Of a stretch of 64,000 bases of DNA, positions 19,992 to 29,806 are shown piece by piece; within the stretch, counting starts at the first letter, position 1, and every line of letters starts with the position of its first letter. The notes under the pieces are model-generated. The model was given only the letters and a program-made list of their open reading frames with translations, ran no database searches and had not been told where the DNA came from. Position numbers and translations under genes: made by a program. The stretch spans positions 5,348 to 69,347 of the forward strand of contig SIAO01000007.1 in assembly GCA_009691765.1 (NCBI GenBank), given 5' to 3'. Source of the stretch: Planctomycetota bacterium. Its GTDB lineage: Bacteria > Planctomycetota > GCA-002687715.

Positions 19992-20798
19992 TCAGGAGGC
20001 GCGGAAGAGAGCCGGAGGGGCCTTCAGACCTGCCAAGGCCGCCGCCAAACGCGCAGGTGCCGCAGCATCTGGCCGCTCTGTGCGCCGTCCGCGAATCAAG
20101 CGGTTGCGTGCGCTGTGCTCTAACGGAACGAACTCGATGACATCCGTCGAGTAACCGTGACTGCGCAGCCAGTCGGCACGCAAGGCGTCCGTGAAGACCG
20201 CTGCATGATCGTCCGCAAGGATGCCATCGCGTGTGTAGATCTCGTGTTCATGGCCCAAGAGTGGGCGTACTTCGCGGTGACAGCACGGAACCACGGCCAC
20301 ATGCTGCGCCGCGCTCGCTACAGCGGCCTGCAAAGCGGCATCGCTCGCTGTATCACAGCCGTGCAGTGACAAAAATAATTGAGGCTGCTGGGGCAACTGC
20401 AAACTGCCCGCCTCCCCTGTGAGAAACTCGCAATCTGCAAGTTCGAGGGTGCGCGAACGCTCACGGCAGCGCCCGATAGCCACTGGGTCGCGGTCGTATC
20501 CGAAGAGCACCGGTTGACGCCCCATGCATTTCAAGACATGCGCCAGCAAGAATCCGAGGTAGCTGCGACCACAGTTCGCATCGACGAGGCTCACTCGCTC
20601 TTGCGGCAACTTTTCGAGCACGGGCATAAACAAAGCCACCACATGATTCACTTGCTGAAATTTGCGACGCATGTCCGCAGAAATACCACCGTCGCGCGTC
20701 ATGATGCCAAGCACTTGCAAGAGGGCGGCATCACGCGAGGCCTTCAGCGGACCTTTTTCGAATTCAGCATCCGGCGTGCGCTGCGCGTTCGGTTTCAT
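19992..20798 (-). CDS. SAM-dependent methyltransferase (Methyltransf_32-like).
   Basis: LVDANCGRSYLGFLLAHVL and LHGCDTASDAALQAAVASAAQHVAVVPCCH resemble the Methyltransf_32 fold as I remember it. Start trimmed to MKPNAQ (GGAAG upstream); the longer ORF-track start would overlap the divergent neighbour. Confidence 0.6.
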   Translation of the reverse strand: MKPNAQRTPDAEFEKGPLKASRDAALLQVLGIMTRDGGISADMRRKFQQVNHVVALFMPVLEKLPQERVSLVDANCGRSYLGFLLAHVLKCMGRQPVLFGYDRDPVAIGRCRERSRTLELADCEFLTGEAGSLQLPQQPQLFLSLHGCDTASDAALQAAVASAAQHVAVVPCCHREVRPLLGHEHEIYTRDGILADDHAAVFTDALRADWLRSHGYSTDVIEFVPLEHSARNRLIRGRRTERPDAAAPARLAAALAGLKAPPALFRAS

Positions 20799-20979
20799 TG
20801 CGCCGCTTCCGCCATGTTCGAGTCTGGCGCAATGGCCTCCCACGGACGCAGTTCTGCAGCAAGAATCTGAGCGTGTTTGAGCTGTGGCAGCGACATGGTT
20901 CAAGGGTTATAGCTTTGCCACTGCCCTTGATCTTGCGGGCACTCCATGGGGAGATGGGGCACCCCCACCGAGGAAGTCC

Positions 20980-23553
20980 ATGCATTCACCCCGCTCGACA
21001 CTTTTCCTGTTGCTCTGCTTACTCGCCGCGTGCAGTAACGACCCTCGCGTCGGTCCGACCGAGGATGGCGCGTGGGTCGTCAACACCTTGCAGCGCATCG
21101 AACCAGCAGGCTCGACCCTACTGCTGCCAACGCGACCTGTAGCACTATCTCTGTCGCCCACAGGCGCGTACTTGGTGGCCAAAGACAACAAGGGCCTCGC
21201 GTTGTTCCGCACCGCGCCTTTCGAGGAATTGCAACGCCTCGCGTTCCCGAGCAACGGTGGTTCACCTCACGGACTCATCTTCATCGACGCGCACCGTGTC
21301 ATCGCCAGCGACAGCGGCAGTAGTTTGCATGTTGCAAGCCTCGAAGCCGACAAGCTCACTTGGACACAACGCATCGCGTGTCCGAAACCAGCAATCGGTG
21401 GCAACGCCTTCCCTTGCGGCATGGCGCTTGCTGCAGACGGCACCACGCTTTATGTCGCTCTCTCGCGCAACAACAGTTTGGGGGTTGTCGATCTCCTCAC
21501 GGGCAAATGCAGTGCTGAGATTCCTGTGGGTGCCGCTCCCTACGATGTTGTGTTGAGCACTGATGGGGAGCGCGCTTGGGTGAGCGATTGGGCTGGCGGC
21601 CCGCCGCTCGCTGGCCAAGCTGCAGCACTAAGTTCTGGCACTCTCGTAGCCGTCGACGCGCGCGGCGTTGCATGCAGCGGCTTTGTCTCCGTCGTCGATC
21701 TTGCCGCCCAGCGCGAGTTGCAACGTATTCCTGTCGGTTTGCACCCTGGTGATTTGCTGGCTGACGGCAGCGGCCTCTTGTTCTGTGCTAATGCGAACAG
21801 TGACAGCGTCAGCGTCATCGACACACAGACGCTCCGCGTCGTGAACACCATCGCGGTGCAGCCCATCGCAGACCTGCCATTCGGCTGCACGCCACTGGCT
21901 CTGGCTTTCGACACGACGAAGCGCCATCTGTCTGTAGCCTTGGCCAACACCAACGCCATCGCGACTTTTGCAATCAGCGCAGACGGCAAGAGTGCAACGC
22001 GAGTGGGGCTTGTGCCAGCGGGCTGGTATCCGGGCGCACTCGTACGCGCGAAGGACAACTTGTATGTCGCCAACGTCAAAGGCATCGGCCCGCGCGTGCC
22101 GCGTTTGGATAAGAAAGGCGAAGCTGCTGGCGTGGAGAGTTTTAATACGCATCGGCATCAAGGCAGTATCACGGCCATGCCTCTTGCATTGGTTGATGAA
22201 GAACAGTCTGCGTTGCAGCATCGCGCTGTTGCTGATGCACGCTTGCAAGAGGCCTTCCGCGGTGCGCACCCGCAAGCGCAACGCCCAGCCACACGCGTCG
22301 TGCCCCGCGGCCCCGGAGAATCATCGCCGCTGCGCCATGTGGTTTACATCATCAAAGAGAACCGCACCTACGACCAAGTCTTCGGAGATTTGCCACAAGG
22401 TGACGGTGAACCGCGGCTCTGCATTTTCCCGCGCGCCATCACGCCCAACCATCACGCTCTCGCCGAGGAATTTGTATTGCTCGACAACTACTACTGCAAC
22501 GGCGTGCTTAGTGCCGACGGCCACTCATGGGCTACGGAAGCCTGGGCCTCAGACCACTTCGAAAAGTCCTTCGGTGGTTTCACGCGCTCGTACACCTCCG
22601 GCGACGACGCGGCGGCATACTCCCCTAAAGGCCACATCTGGAATCTGGTGTTGGAACATGGTCTCACCTTCCGCAACTTCGGTGAAATGGTGCACACAGA
22701 ACTGAATCCAGCAAACCTCGATTGGGCCAGCGTTCGTGCTGCGCAGCGCAACACGACGATTCCGATGACTCACCAGATCTTCCTCGAACCGCTACAGGCT
22801 GTGAGCGAACCCGGCGCGGCGGGCTGGAACTTGGGCGTGCCGGATCAGGCGCGCGCGGATGTTTTTATCGCGGCACTCAAGCGTTGCGAGGCATCGGGCC
22901 AGTTCCCCAATCTCAGCATCCTCTATCTCCCGCAAGATCACACTTCTGGAACAGCTCCCGGCAAGCCCACTCCGCGCGCACATGTCGGCGACAACGATCT
23001 CGCCCTTGGCCGCGTCGTCGAAGCACTCTCGCAAAGCCGCTTCTGGAACGAGATGGTCATCTTCGTCAACGAAGACGATCCGCAAAACGGCTTCGACCAC
23101 ATCGATGGCCACCGGTCGCTGTGCCTCGTGGTTTCGCCGTACACGAAGCGGGGCAGCGTGTCCTCGCGCTTCGCAAATCAGACCAGTGTGCTGCACACCA
23201 TTGAAGCCATTCTTGGGCTCCCCCCGCTCACACAGATGGATGCCGCAGCGCCACTCATGGACTTCTGCTTCACGACCACTGCCGACACACGGCCATACCG
23301 CTGTCGTCCAGCGGGCGTGGATATTGATGAGCTCACACCACAACCGAAGACAGCGAAAGAAAAGGCCTTTGCCGCGCTGACAGAGGCTCAAGACTTGGCG
23401 CGCGTGGATGCCGCCGATGAAGACTCTCTCAACCGCATCCTCTGGTTTGCGATGCGCGGCGACGAACCCTACCCAGCAGATTGGGCCGGGCCTCATGGCC
23501 GAGGGCTCGCGTCGAAACACCTGCGCTTGGAATCAGCAACGAAGTCGCGCTAA
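20980..23553 (+). CDS. Lipoprotein fusing a YncE-type beta-propeller to a phosphoesterase domain (PlcN/AcpA family).
   Basis: MHSPRSTLFLLLCLLAACSND is a lipobox signal peptide. Several YVTN-like propeller repeats (e.g. VGAAPYDVVLSTDGERAWVSDWAG). The C-terminus has VVYIIKENRTYDQVFGDL...DHTSG...IFVNEDDPQNGFDHIDGHRS, typical of the phosphoesterase family. GAGGAAG lies before the ATG. Confidence 0.8.
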   Translation: MHSPRSTLFLLLCLLAACSNDPRVGPTEDGAWVVNTLQRIEPAGSTLLLPTRPVALSLSPTGAYLVAKDNKGLALFRTAPFEELQRLAFPSNGGSPHGLIFIDAHRVIASDSGSSLHVASLEADKLTWTQRIACPKPAIGGNAFPCGMALAADGTTLYVALSRNNSLGVVDLLTGKCSAEIPVGAAPYDVVLSTDGERAWVSDWAGGPPLAGQAAALSSGTLVAVDARGVACSGFVSVVDLAAQRELQRIPVGLHPGDLLADGSGLLFCANANSDSVSVIDTQTLRVVNTIAVQPIADLPFGCTPLALAFDTTKRHLSVALANTNAIATFAISADGKSATRVGLVPAGWYPGALVRAKDNLYVANVKGIGPRVPRLDKKGEAAGVESFNTHRHQGSITAMPLALVDEEQSALQHRAVADARLQEAFRGAHPQAQRPATRVVPRGPGESSPLRHVVYIIKENRTYDQVFGDLPQGDGEPRLCIFPRAITPNHHALAEEFVLLDNYYCNGVLSADGHSWATEAWASDHFEKSFGGFTRSYTSGDDAAAYSPKGHIWNLVLEHGLTFRNFGEMVHTELNPANLDWASVRAAQRNTTIPMTHQIFLEPLQAVSEPGAAGWNLGVPDQARADVFIAALKRCEASGQFPNLSILYLPQDHTSGTAPGKPTPRAHVGDNDLALGRVVEALSQSRFWNEMVIFVNEDDPQNGFDHIDGHRSLCLVVSPYTKRGSVSSRFANQTSVLHTIEAILGLPPLTQMDAAAPLMDFCFTTTADTRPYRCRPAGVDIDELTPQPKTAKEKAFAALTEAQDLARVDAADEDSLNRILWFAMRGDEPYPADWAGPHGRGLASKHLRLESATKSR

Positions 23554-23613
23554 AGAAGCAGGGGCGAACTGCCAAAGACAGCCCGCCCCTTTCCCTTCAA
23601 ACAACAAACACTG

Positions 23614-24753
23614 TCAGGGCATGGATGTGCGCGTTTGCAACAGGTCGGATGTGTAGAGCATGGCGCCGGCGGGGCACACTGCAGCCCACTGCGCGAACAC
23701 CGTGAATCCTGGCGGCACGACCAACGGGGCATTCAAGAACGCTTGACCAAGGCCATTCGTAGGCAGGAACATCGTGATCAAAGAAGCGCTAGCTACGTTC
23801 AGCCACAGATTCGAACCAGAAGGCAACACGATCGGCGCAGCAAGGAACACCACGTCGAGTCCAAGCAGCACAACGCCTGCGATGGGTCCGCCTTGCAAAG
23901 TGAGTTGGAAACCCATGTTGCCGCTATAGACCGGGCTGTTGACCCACGCATCCATGGGCATCGGCATGCACACCGCGCCTTGCGACAAATCTGCGGGCAG
24001 ATCGAGGAATGCGAGGCCTTGCGTGTTCACGGTTGAGAGCGGCACGATCATGCCACCGAGCAAGCGCACCGCGACATTGCTGTAGCTGACATAGAGCGCG
24101 CCACCGCCCGCCACGAAATCGGATGTATCGAGAGCGAGACCCGTCGCTAGGCCAGGTGGCGCGTATGCCGGCGGAGTGATGGCGAGCAGCGCACCTGCGG
24201 CTGTGAAGCGCAACAAAAAGCTGTTCTCCGCGATGGCGAGCACATTGCCAGTAGTCGGATCAAACTCGAGACCCGTCAAGCGAGTCGGCGTACCTGCGTA
24301 GGGGCTTGGCCACGGGCCGGTAACGAACACTCCTGCGCCGAAGTTGTATTCACCGATGAGCCAACCGTCGGTGATCCACAAGCATCCTGTGGCCTTCGAA
24401 TAGGCCAGGCCCGTGATCTGATTGAAGAAAGGAGGCATGGGCAAGAAACCGAACGGGCCGATGCCAGGCTGCACTGTCGGGATCGGCATGCAAGCCAACT
24501 GAACGCCGTTGGTGTAGAAGAATCGACGCCCTTGTTGATCGATGGCGGCCCCACCCAACGGGAAACCCGTTGCCGCCAGAACGGGAAGCGTGCCGACGCT
24601 TCCGCGCACGCCGCCGAGGGGCGCTGCCGGTGAAATGGTTAACGAACGACCATAGTCCTGTGCCGCTGGACTGGCGTAGCTGACAAGACTCTGGGCAGGG
24701 ACGAGAGTGCAGAGGGCGAAGGCAAGAACGAGGAACAGACTTGGGCTTCTCAT
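23614..24753 (-). CDS. Secreted hypothetical protein, paralogue A of a tandem pair.
   Basis: AAAGGAGACC RBS, then ATG. MRSPSLFLVLAFALCTLVPAQSLVSYASPAAQDYGR signal peptide. Collinear homology with the downstream gene (DQQG(H/R)RFFYTNGVQLACMPIPTVQPGIGPFGFLPMPPFFNQITG...). Confidence 0.7.
   Translation of the reverse strand: MRSPSLFLVLAFALCTLVPAQSLVSYASPAAQDYGRSLTISPAAPLGGVRGSVGTLPVLAATGFPLGGAAIDQQGRRFFYTNGVQLACMPIPTVQPGIGPFGFLPMPPFFNQITGLAYSKATGCLWITDGWLIGEYNFGAGVFVTGPWPSPYAGTPTRLTGLEFDPTTGNVLAIAENSFLLRFTAAGALLAITPPAYAPPGLATGLALDTSDFVAGGGALYVSYSNVAVRLLGGMIVPLSTVNTQGLAFLDLPADLSQGAVCMPMPMDAWVNSPVYSGNMGFQLTLQGGPIAGVVLLGLDVVFLAAPIVLPSGSNLWLNVASASLITMFLPTNGLGQAFLNAPLVVPPGFTVFAQWAAVCPAGAMLYTSDLLQTRTSMP
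24290..24545. repeat. Block of about 255 bp, nearly identical to 25602-25857, inside the paralogous genes (copy 1).
   Basis: Direct comparison shows long runs of identical nucleotides (cgtacctgcgtaggggcttggccacgggccggtaacgaacactcctgcgccgaagttgtattcaccgatga...). The rest of the two genes has diverged noticeably. Confidence 0.6.
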
Positions 24754-24917
24754 AATGGTCTCCTTTCGCGCCGGATGGCGTCGAGATACGAGCCCATAGA
24801 AAAGGCACGCCAATCATTTCATGCGAAGACCCAGGTGGCACTACATTTCTCAGGCTGCAAAACGGCGAACGGCGGGCTGACACTGAGTCAACCCGCCGCG
24901 CGATGCATGAGCAAGAC

Positions 24918-26066
24918 TCAGGGCATAGAGACCATGATCTGCAACATGTCTGAGGTGTAGAGCAGTCCACCCATGGGGCAAATCGCCGCCCACTGCGTGA
25001 AGGCTGTGAAGCCAGGCGGCAAGAACAGCGGAGCTGCGAGGAATGCGCTACCGGCAATGTTGGTAGGCAAAGGAATCACAATCAGCGTCATGCTCGCAGG
25101 GTTCAGCCACAGATTAGAACCCGAGGGCAGCAAGATCGGGACGGGCAAGAACGCAATGTCGACGCCCAAGATCACCACCGATAGCGGTGGTCCACCTTGA
25201 AGCTCAAGTTGGAACCCGGCGTTATTCACATAGGAGGGACTGTTCTGCCACGCATCCATGGGCATGCCTGGGCAAATAGCACCTTGGGGCAAGTCTGCGG
25301 GCAGCGCCACAAATGCGAGACCCTGAGTCTGTGCCATGCTCAGCGGCACCGTGGCGCCGTTGTTCCAAAGTACCGCCGTGTTGTTGTAGCTCACATAGGC
25401 TATGGAGAACGCAGTGCCGGCCATCGTAAAGCCTCGGCCTTCGATGGCGAGCCCCGTCGCCAACCCAGGTGGAACGTATGTGGGTGGATTGTTGGAGAGC
25501 AGCGCGCCGCCCGGCGTGAAGTGCAACAAATTGCTGAACTCACTCACCGCCACAACATTCCCCGTGGCTGAATCAAAGTCGAGGCCTGTCAAACGAATCG
25601 GCGTACCTGCGTAGGGGCTTGGCCACGGGCCGGTAACGAACACTCCTGCGCCGAAGTTGTATTCACCGATGAACCAGCCGTCGGTGATCCACAAGCATCC
25701 TGTGGCCTGCGAATAGGCCATGCCCGTGATCTGATTGAAGAAAGGAGGCATGGGCAAGAAACCGAACGGGCCGATGCCAGGCTGCACTGTCGGGATCGGC
25801 ATGCAAGCCAACTGAACGCCGTTGGTGTAGAAGAAGCGATGGCCTTGCTGGTCCACGGCGGCTCCACCGAAAGGAAACCCTGTCGCAGCAAGAATCGGGA
25901 TCGTGGGTGCTGTGCCACGCATACCGCCGCCAAGCGCCGCTGGTGAGATCGTCAGGGCACGACCGTAGTCCTGTGCTCCTGGACTGGCGTAGCTGACAAG
26001 GCTTTGTGCATGCACACAGAGCGCCATGGAAAAGACGAGCCCGAAAACTTTGATGCTGCTGCTCAT
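24918..26066 (-). CDS. Secreted hypothetical protein, paralogue B of the tandem pair.
   Basis: AAGGAG RBS 6 nt before the ATG for MSSSIKVFGLVFSMALCVHAQSLVSYASPGAQDYGR. Same architecture as paralogue A. Confidence 0.7.
   Translation of the reverse strand: MSSSIKVFGLVFSMALCVHAQSLVSYASPGAQDYGRALTISPAALGGGMRGTAPTIPILAATGFPFGGAAVDQQGHRFFYTNGVQLACMPIPTVQPGIGPFGFLPMPPFFNQITGMAYSQATGCLWITDGWFIGEYNFGAGVFVTGPWPSPYAGTPIRLTGLDFDSATGNVVAVSEFSNLLHFTPGGALLSNNPPTYVPPGLATGLAIEGRGFTMAGTAFSIAYVSYNNTAVLWNNGATVPLSMAQTQGLAFVALPADLPQGAICPGMPMDAWQNSPSYVNNAGFQLELQGGPPLSVVILGVDIAFLPVPILLPSGSNLWLNPASMTLIVIPLPTNIAGSAFLAAPLFLPPGFTAFTQWAAICPMGGLLYTSDMLQIMVSMP
25602..25857. repeat. Block of about 255 bp, nearly identical to 24290-24545 (copy 2).
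   Basis: Same evidence as copy 1. The offset of 1312 bp equals the gene spacing. Confidence 0.6.
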
Positions 26067-26200
26067 GGGGACTCCTTGAGTGCTCAAAGACTGTGAGCAC
26101 CAACACGACGTAATAGTCCCTTGACCTCAGATATTTCAGCCACTTTGAGATTCGTAGTGTGCGTGCGTAAATATCGCGAAATGGATTCAAACGGCGCGGC

Positions 26201-27508
26201 CTAAACGCGGCGCAGCAACACTGCCGGCACGAGCAGGAGCACGGCGGCAAACATGTAAGGCGCACCAGCACCAAGAGTGAAATAGAGCCATGCTGCAAGG
26301 AACGGACCAAGCGCGCGACCGAGCGCGCCCACGCTACGGAACGATCCGAGTGCCAAGCCCTGCGAATGTTCAGGTGCGCGCAACGACACCAATGCCGTCA
26401 ACGTAGGAGACAAGAAACCGATCCCGCACGCAATGAGTGAAATGCCTATCCACAGGAACAGCGGATTCCCTGTGCTGTCGACCAACGCGGTGATGAGATT
26501 GCCTGGAATGAGGAGCGCCAAGCCCAAGCCAGCGAGCCGCTTCTCCCCCATGCGCGGCACAAGGCGCCGCACGACACCGCCCTGAATGCTCACGGAACAG
26601 ATCCCAAGCCACACCATGCAGAGCGCACTCTGTCCGCGGCCCCAGTGCAGTTTGTCACCGAGCAAAAACACCAATGTGCTTTCGAATCCGGCAAACGCCG
26701 TCATGAGGAGCAGCCAAGCCACGTTGATACGAGCGATGCCGGTGCCCAGCTTTGCGGAGAAGAGCATGAACGGATTCGCGCTGCGCGTTTGCGCCTCACC
26801 GCGCAATTGCACCGTCAAACTCTCTTGGAACTTGCTGTGCAACATCTGCAGATTGATGAGCGACAGCGCCAGCGCAATACCCGCTGGAATCGAGAAAGGC
26901 GTGAACGCAAACCAACCCGCACCGGCCTCCACGGAAGGCAGCAACGCACTTGCGCCACCGATGGCTGGCCCCACGAGGAAGCCGAGTCCGATGGCGGCGC
27001 CCATCATGCCCATGCCGCGCGAACGCTCTTCACGCGACGTGCAGTCTGCGATCGCTGCGGAGGCTACGGAAATGTTGGCGGCAGCGGTGCCACACAAAAT
27101 GCGCGAGAGTACGAACAGCTCGAAGCGTCCCGCGATCATCCAGAGCGCATAGCCCACGCAACTCAGGCTCACAGTGGACAGCAGGACTTTGCGGCGACCG
27201 ATGCGATCAGAGAGCCTGCCCCACCACGGCGTCACGGCGAATTGCAACAAGGAGTAGAGCGCTGCCAACAACCCACCAAAGAACGCCGCGAGGCGCCCTG
27301 GGTCGTTCACTCCGAAAGTGGCTTGCGACCAAACTTGGAGCCAATGCAACATCCCCTGCTGCTCGGCGCTGTAGTGCCGCAGCAGCTCCGCGAACAGTGG
27401 GAAGACAAGACTGAAGCCTGCAAGATCAAGAAAGAGCGTCAGCAGCAAAGGACGCAAACGCTGAAAGAGGCTTTGTTCCACGGGAGGGCAAGATGCTATC
27501 CAACGCAT
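26201..27508 (-). CDS. MFS transporter.
   Basis: Twelve-TM architecture and the MFS loop motif GRLSDRIGRRKVLL. Start trimmed to MRWIASCPPVEQSLFQRLRPLLLTLFLD. Confidence 0.8.
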   Translation of the reverse strand: MRWIASCPPVEQSLFQRLRPLLLTLFLDLAGFSLVFPLFAELLRHYSAEQQGMLHWLQVWSQATFGVNDPGRLAAFFGGLLAALYSLLQFAVTPWWGRLSDRIGRRKVLLSTVSLSCVGYALWMIAGRFELFVLSRILCGTAAANISVASAAIADCTSREERSRGMGMMGAAIGLGFLVGPAIGGASALLPSVEAGAGWFAFTPFSIPAGIALALSLINLQMLHSKFQESLTVQLRGEAQTRSANPFMLFSAKLGTGIARINVAWLLLMTAFAGFESTLVFLLGDKLHWGRGQSALCMVWLGICSVSIQGGVVRRLVPRMGEKRLAGLGLALLIPGNLITALVDSTGNPLFLWIGISLIACGIGFLSPTLTALVSLRAPEHSQGLALGSFRSVGALGRALGPFLAAWLYFTLGAGAPYMFAAVLLLVPAVLLRRV

Positions 27509-27607
27509 GACCAAGAACAACGATTCTTGTTCAGAGCACCCTGTGAAAACTCTCTGCGCAGAAGCGAAACTATCTGCGGGGCCATCCGTTAGAGTCCAAC
27601 CCAAGAC

Positions 27608-28267
27608 ATGACCGCATGGCCCAACCGCCCCGCATTCGGAATCCTCGCCGCGCTTCGAGCCCGGCGCGTTGTGAATCAAGCCCGCATGGCTCTCATTGCG
27701 GGTGATGGCGAACGTGCCTCGGAGCTTTTAGACGAGGTCTTGGCCAACGGCGTCAAAGACCCCGACTGGCACTGGCTGCATGGCCGCGCTTGCGCATTGT
27801 GCAAAGACCTCGACGGTGCCGAAGCTGGCTACGCCGCTGCGCTCGATGTGGACCCACACCATGCGGCCGCGGAAAAAGCGCTCATGGCACTGCGCGCGGA
27901 ACGCTACCGTCCCGTGCTCAGCGCTTGGCATCTGCATTCCGCCGGTCGGCTCGTAGAGGCCTCCCATGCGTTCGCTGCCGCGCTGCACAATCGAACCGTA
28001 GGCAAGGCCCTTCATCCAGAAGTCTGGACTGGGTTGGGCTGGTGTCACTACGGGCTCGCCGACCCCGCAACGGCTGCTTGGTGTTTTCAACAGGCTGTGG
28101 CGCTTGCTCCGCAATCCGCGCAAGCGCGCCTCGTGGCTTTGCGCAGCGGTATCCCGGTCGTGCTGCTGACTCTGGAACCCACAGATTTCGACCCCTTCGC
28201 AAGCGTGGTGCTGCGCGGCCAATGCGGCCCTCTGATGACAGAGCTCGTGGCCGAACAGCACCAATAA
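27608..28267 (+). CDS. TPR-like repeat protein.
   Basis: Helical repeat composition (ASELLDEVLANGVKDPDWHWLHGRACALCKDLDGAEAGYAAALDVDPHHAAAEKALMAL). Strong GC3. Ends 2 bp before the convergent mdh stop. Confidence 0.55.
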   Translation: MTAWPNRPAFGILAALRARRVVNQARMALIAGDGERASELLDEVLANGVKDPDWHWLHGRACALCKDLDGAEAGYAAALDVDPHHAAAEKALMALRAERYRPVLSAWHLHSAGRLVEASHAFAAALHNRTVGKALHPEVWTGLGWCHYGLADPATAAWCFQQAVALAPQSAQARLVALRSGIPVVLLTLEPTDFDPFASVVLRGQCGPLMTELVAEQHQ

Positions 28268-28269
28268 GC

Positions 28270-29271
28270 TCAGAGCAGACTCTGCACCACTTCACGCTCG
28301 CTCAGCAACTCTGCGTTGGTCTTCGCAATACGTTCACGCGCAAAGGCGGTGAGCGCCATCGTGGGGACGATTTCGTAACGGCCCGGTGCGATCGTGCGGC
28401 AAGGCATGCCCGACCAAATCTCTGACGCGAAACCGTACTCACCCGCGCTGCGCACGGCCATGCTGTAGATACCGCTGCCCACTGTGTTCAGCGACTTCAC
28501 ATGATCGATCAGCGCATTCGCCGCAGATGTTGCCGACGAAACGCCTCGCGCTTCAATGATGGCAGCGCCACGCTTGCCGACGATGCTCAAGAAATCCGTT
28601 TCGAGCCACGCGCGGTCCGCAATCACTTCGGTGACTTCTTTGTCATTCACTTTGGCGTTGAAGAAGTCGGCGAACATCGTTGGGCTGTGATTGCCGTAAA
28701 CCACGATGTCCGAAATGTCGTTGATGCCACAACCGCACTTAGCTGCGAGTTGGGCCAGCGCACGGTTCTGGTCGAGGCGCATCATGGCGGTGACACTGGT
28801 CTTAGGCAGACGCTTGAAGCGCGAGGCACAAATCATGGCGTTGGTGTTGCAGGGATTTCCAACCACCACCACCTTGGCGTCGTCGGCCGCAACTTCGTCA
28901 ATGACTTCGCCCTGTCCAACAAAGATTCGCCCGTTGTCCTTCAACAAGTCGGCGCGCTCCATACCTGGCCCACGCGGCTTACTGCCGACCAGCAGGCACC
29001 ACGACGCATCCTTGAACGCCACCTTGGGATCACTGGTGAGCACCATGCCGTGCAACAGGGGGAAAGCGCAATCGGCAAGCTCCATCGCCACGCCCTTCAA
29101 GGCAAGCTGAGCCTTCTCCGCCGGTATTTCGAGGAGTTGCAAAATCACAGGTTGATCAAGCCCGAGCATCTCGCCCGCAGCAATACGCGGCAGCAAGGAG
29201 TAACAGATCTGACCGGCAGCTCCGGTCACAGCAACGCGGATAGGTGGCTTCACGGCAGTTCCTCGCGCCAA
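28270..29271 (-). CDS. mdh: Malate dehydrogenase (NAD-dependent, type 2).
   Basis: [27 protein letters not shown] and GNPCNTNA (the type-2 MDH motif, rather than the IGGHG motif of the LDH-like MDH subfamily), 333 aa. Confidence 0.9.
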   Translation of the reverse strand: MARGTAVKPPIRVAVTGAAGQICYSLLPRIAAGEMLGLDQPVILQLLEIPAEKAQLALKGVAMELADCAFPLLHGMVLTSDPKVAFKDASWCLLVGSKPRGPGMERADLLKDNGRIFVGQGEVIDEVAADDAKVVVVGNPCNTNAMICASRFKRLPKTSVTAMMRLDQNRALAQLAAKCGCGINDISDIVVYGNHSPTMFADFFNAKVNDKEVTEVIADRAWLETDFLSIVGKRGAAIIEARGVSSATSAANALIDHVKSLNTVGSGIYSMAVRSAGEYGFASEIWSGMPCRTIAPGRYEIVPTMALTAFARERIAKTNAELLSEREVVQSLL

Positions 29272-29392
29272 GTCGCGGAAGAAGTTTCCGTCGATGGCGC
29301 TCGACTATAGCGAGCTCATGGCAGTGTCCCATCCCATGAGAACGCGGCGCAAGTAACGTGCGGCACGGCATGCTGGTGCACTCCGTGTCACA

Positions 29393-29752
29393 ATGCCGCG
29401 CACAGGAGATATCGCCGTGGACATGCTCATCGTTACAACTTTCGAGGTTCCCGGGTTTCACGTGAAAGAATGCAAAGGCCTCGTGCGCGGCATCACCGTG
29501 CGCTCCCCTAACATTGGTCAAGGTTTTCTTGCTAGCTTCCGCAGCATTGTCGGGGGCCGAGTCGGGTCGTTCGTGACCGTTTGCGAACAAGCTCGAGAAG
29601 AAGCGCTGCTGCAGGTCGTGGAACACGCCAAGCAGATTGGCGCAAACGCCGTGGTGGGATTGCGTTACGACAGCGGAGAGGTGGGCTCGGCGGGGTTTGC
29701 CGAAGTCCTCGCCTATGGCACGGCCGTGGTGATCGAAAAAAACAACGCGTAA
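29393..29752 (+). CDS. YbjQ/UPF0145 (DUF74) family protein.
   Basis: MLIVTTFEVPGFHVKECKGLVRGITVRS...GANAVVGLRYD is the YbjQ signature. The true start may be the ATG at 29423. Confidence 0.8.
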   Translation: MPRTGDIAVDMLIVTTFEVPGFHVKECKGLVRGITVRSPNIGQGFLASFRSIVGGRVGSFVTVCEQAREEALLQVVEHAKQIGANAVVGLRYDSGEVGSAGFAEVLAYGTAVVIEKNNA

Positions 29753-29806
29753 GCGCAACGCTTGACTATGCCGTGCGTTAGATGAGCCCAAGGAGATCTG
29801 ACTACT

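Noticed and set aside
29156-29791. 211-aa minus-strand ORF over the ybjQ region.
   Set aside because: The plus-strand YbjQ/UPF0145 protein is unmistakable, so this is an antisense shadow ORF.
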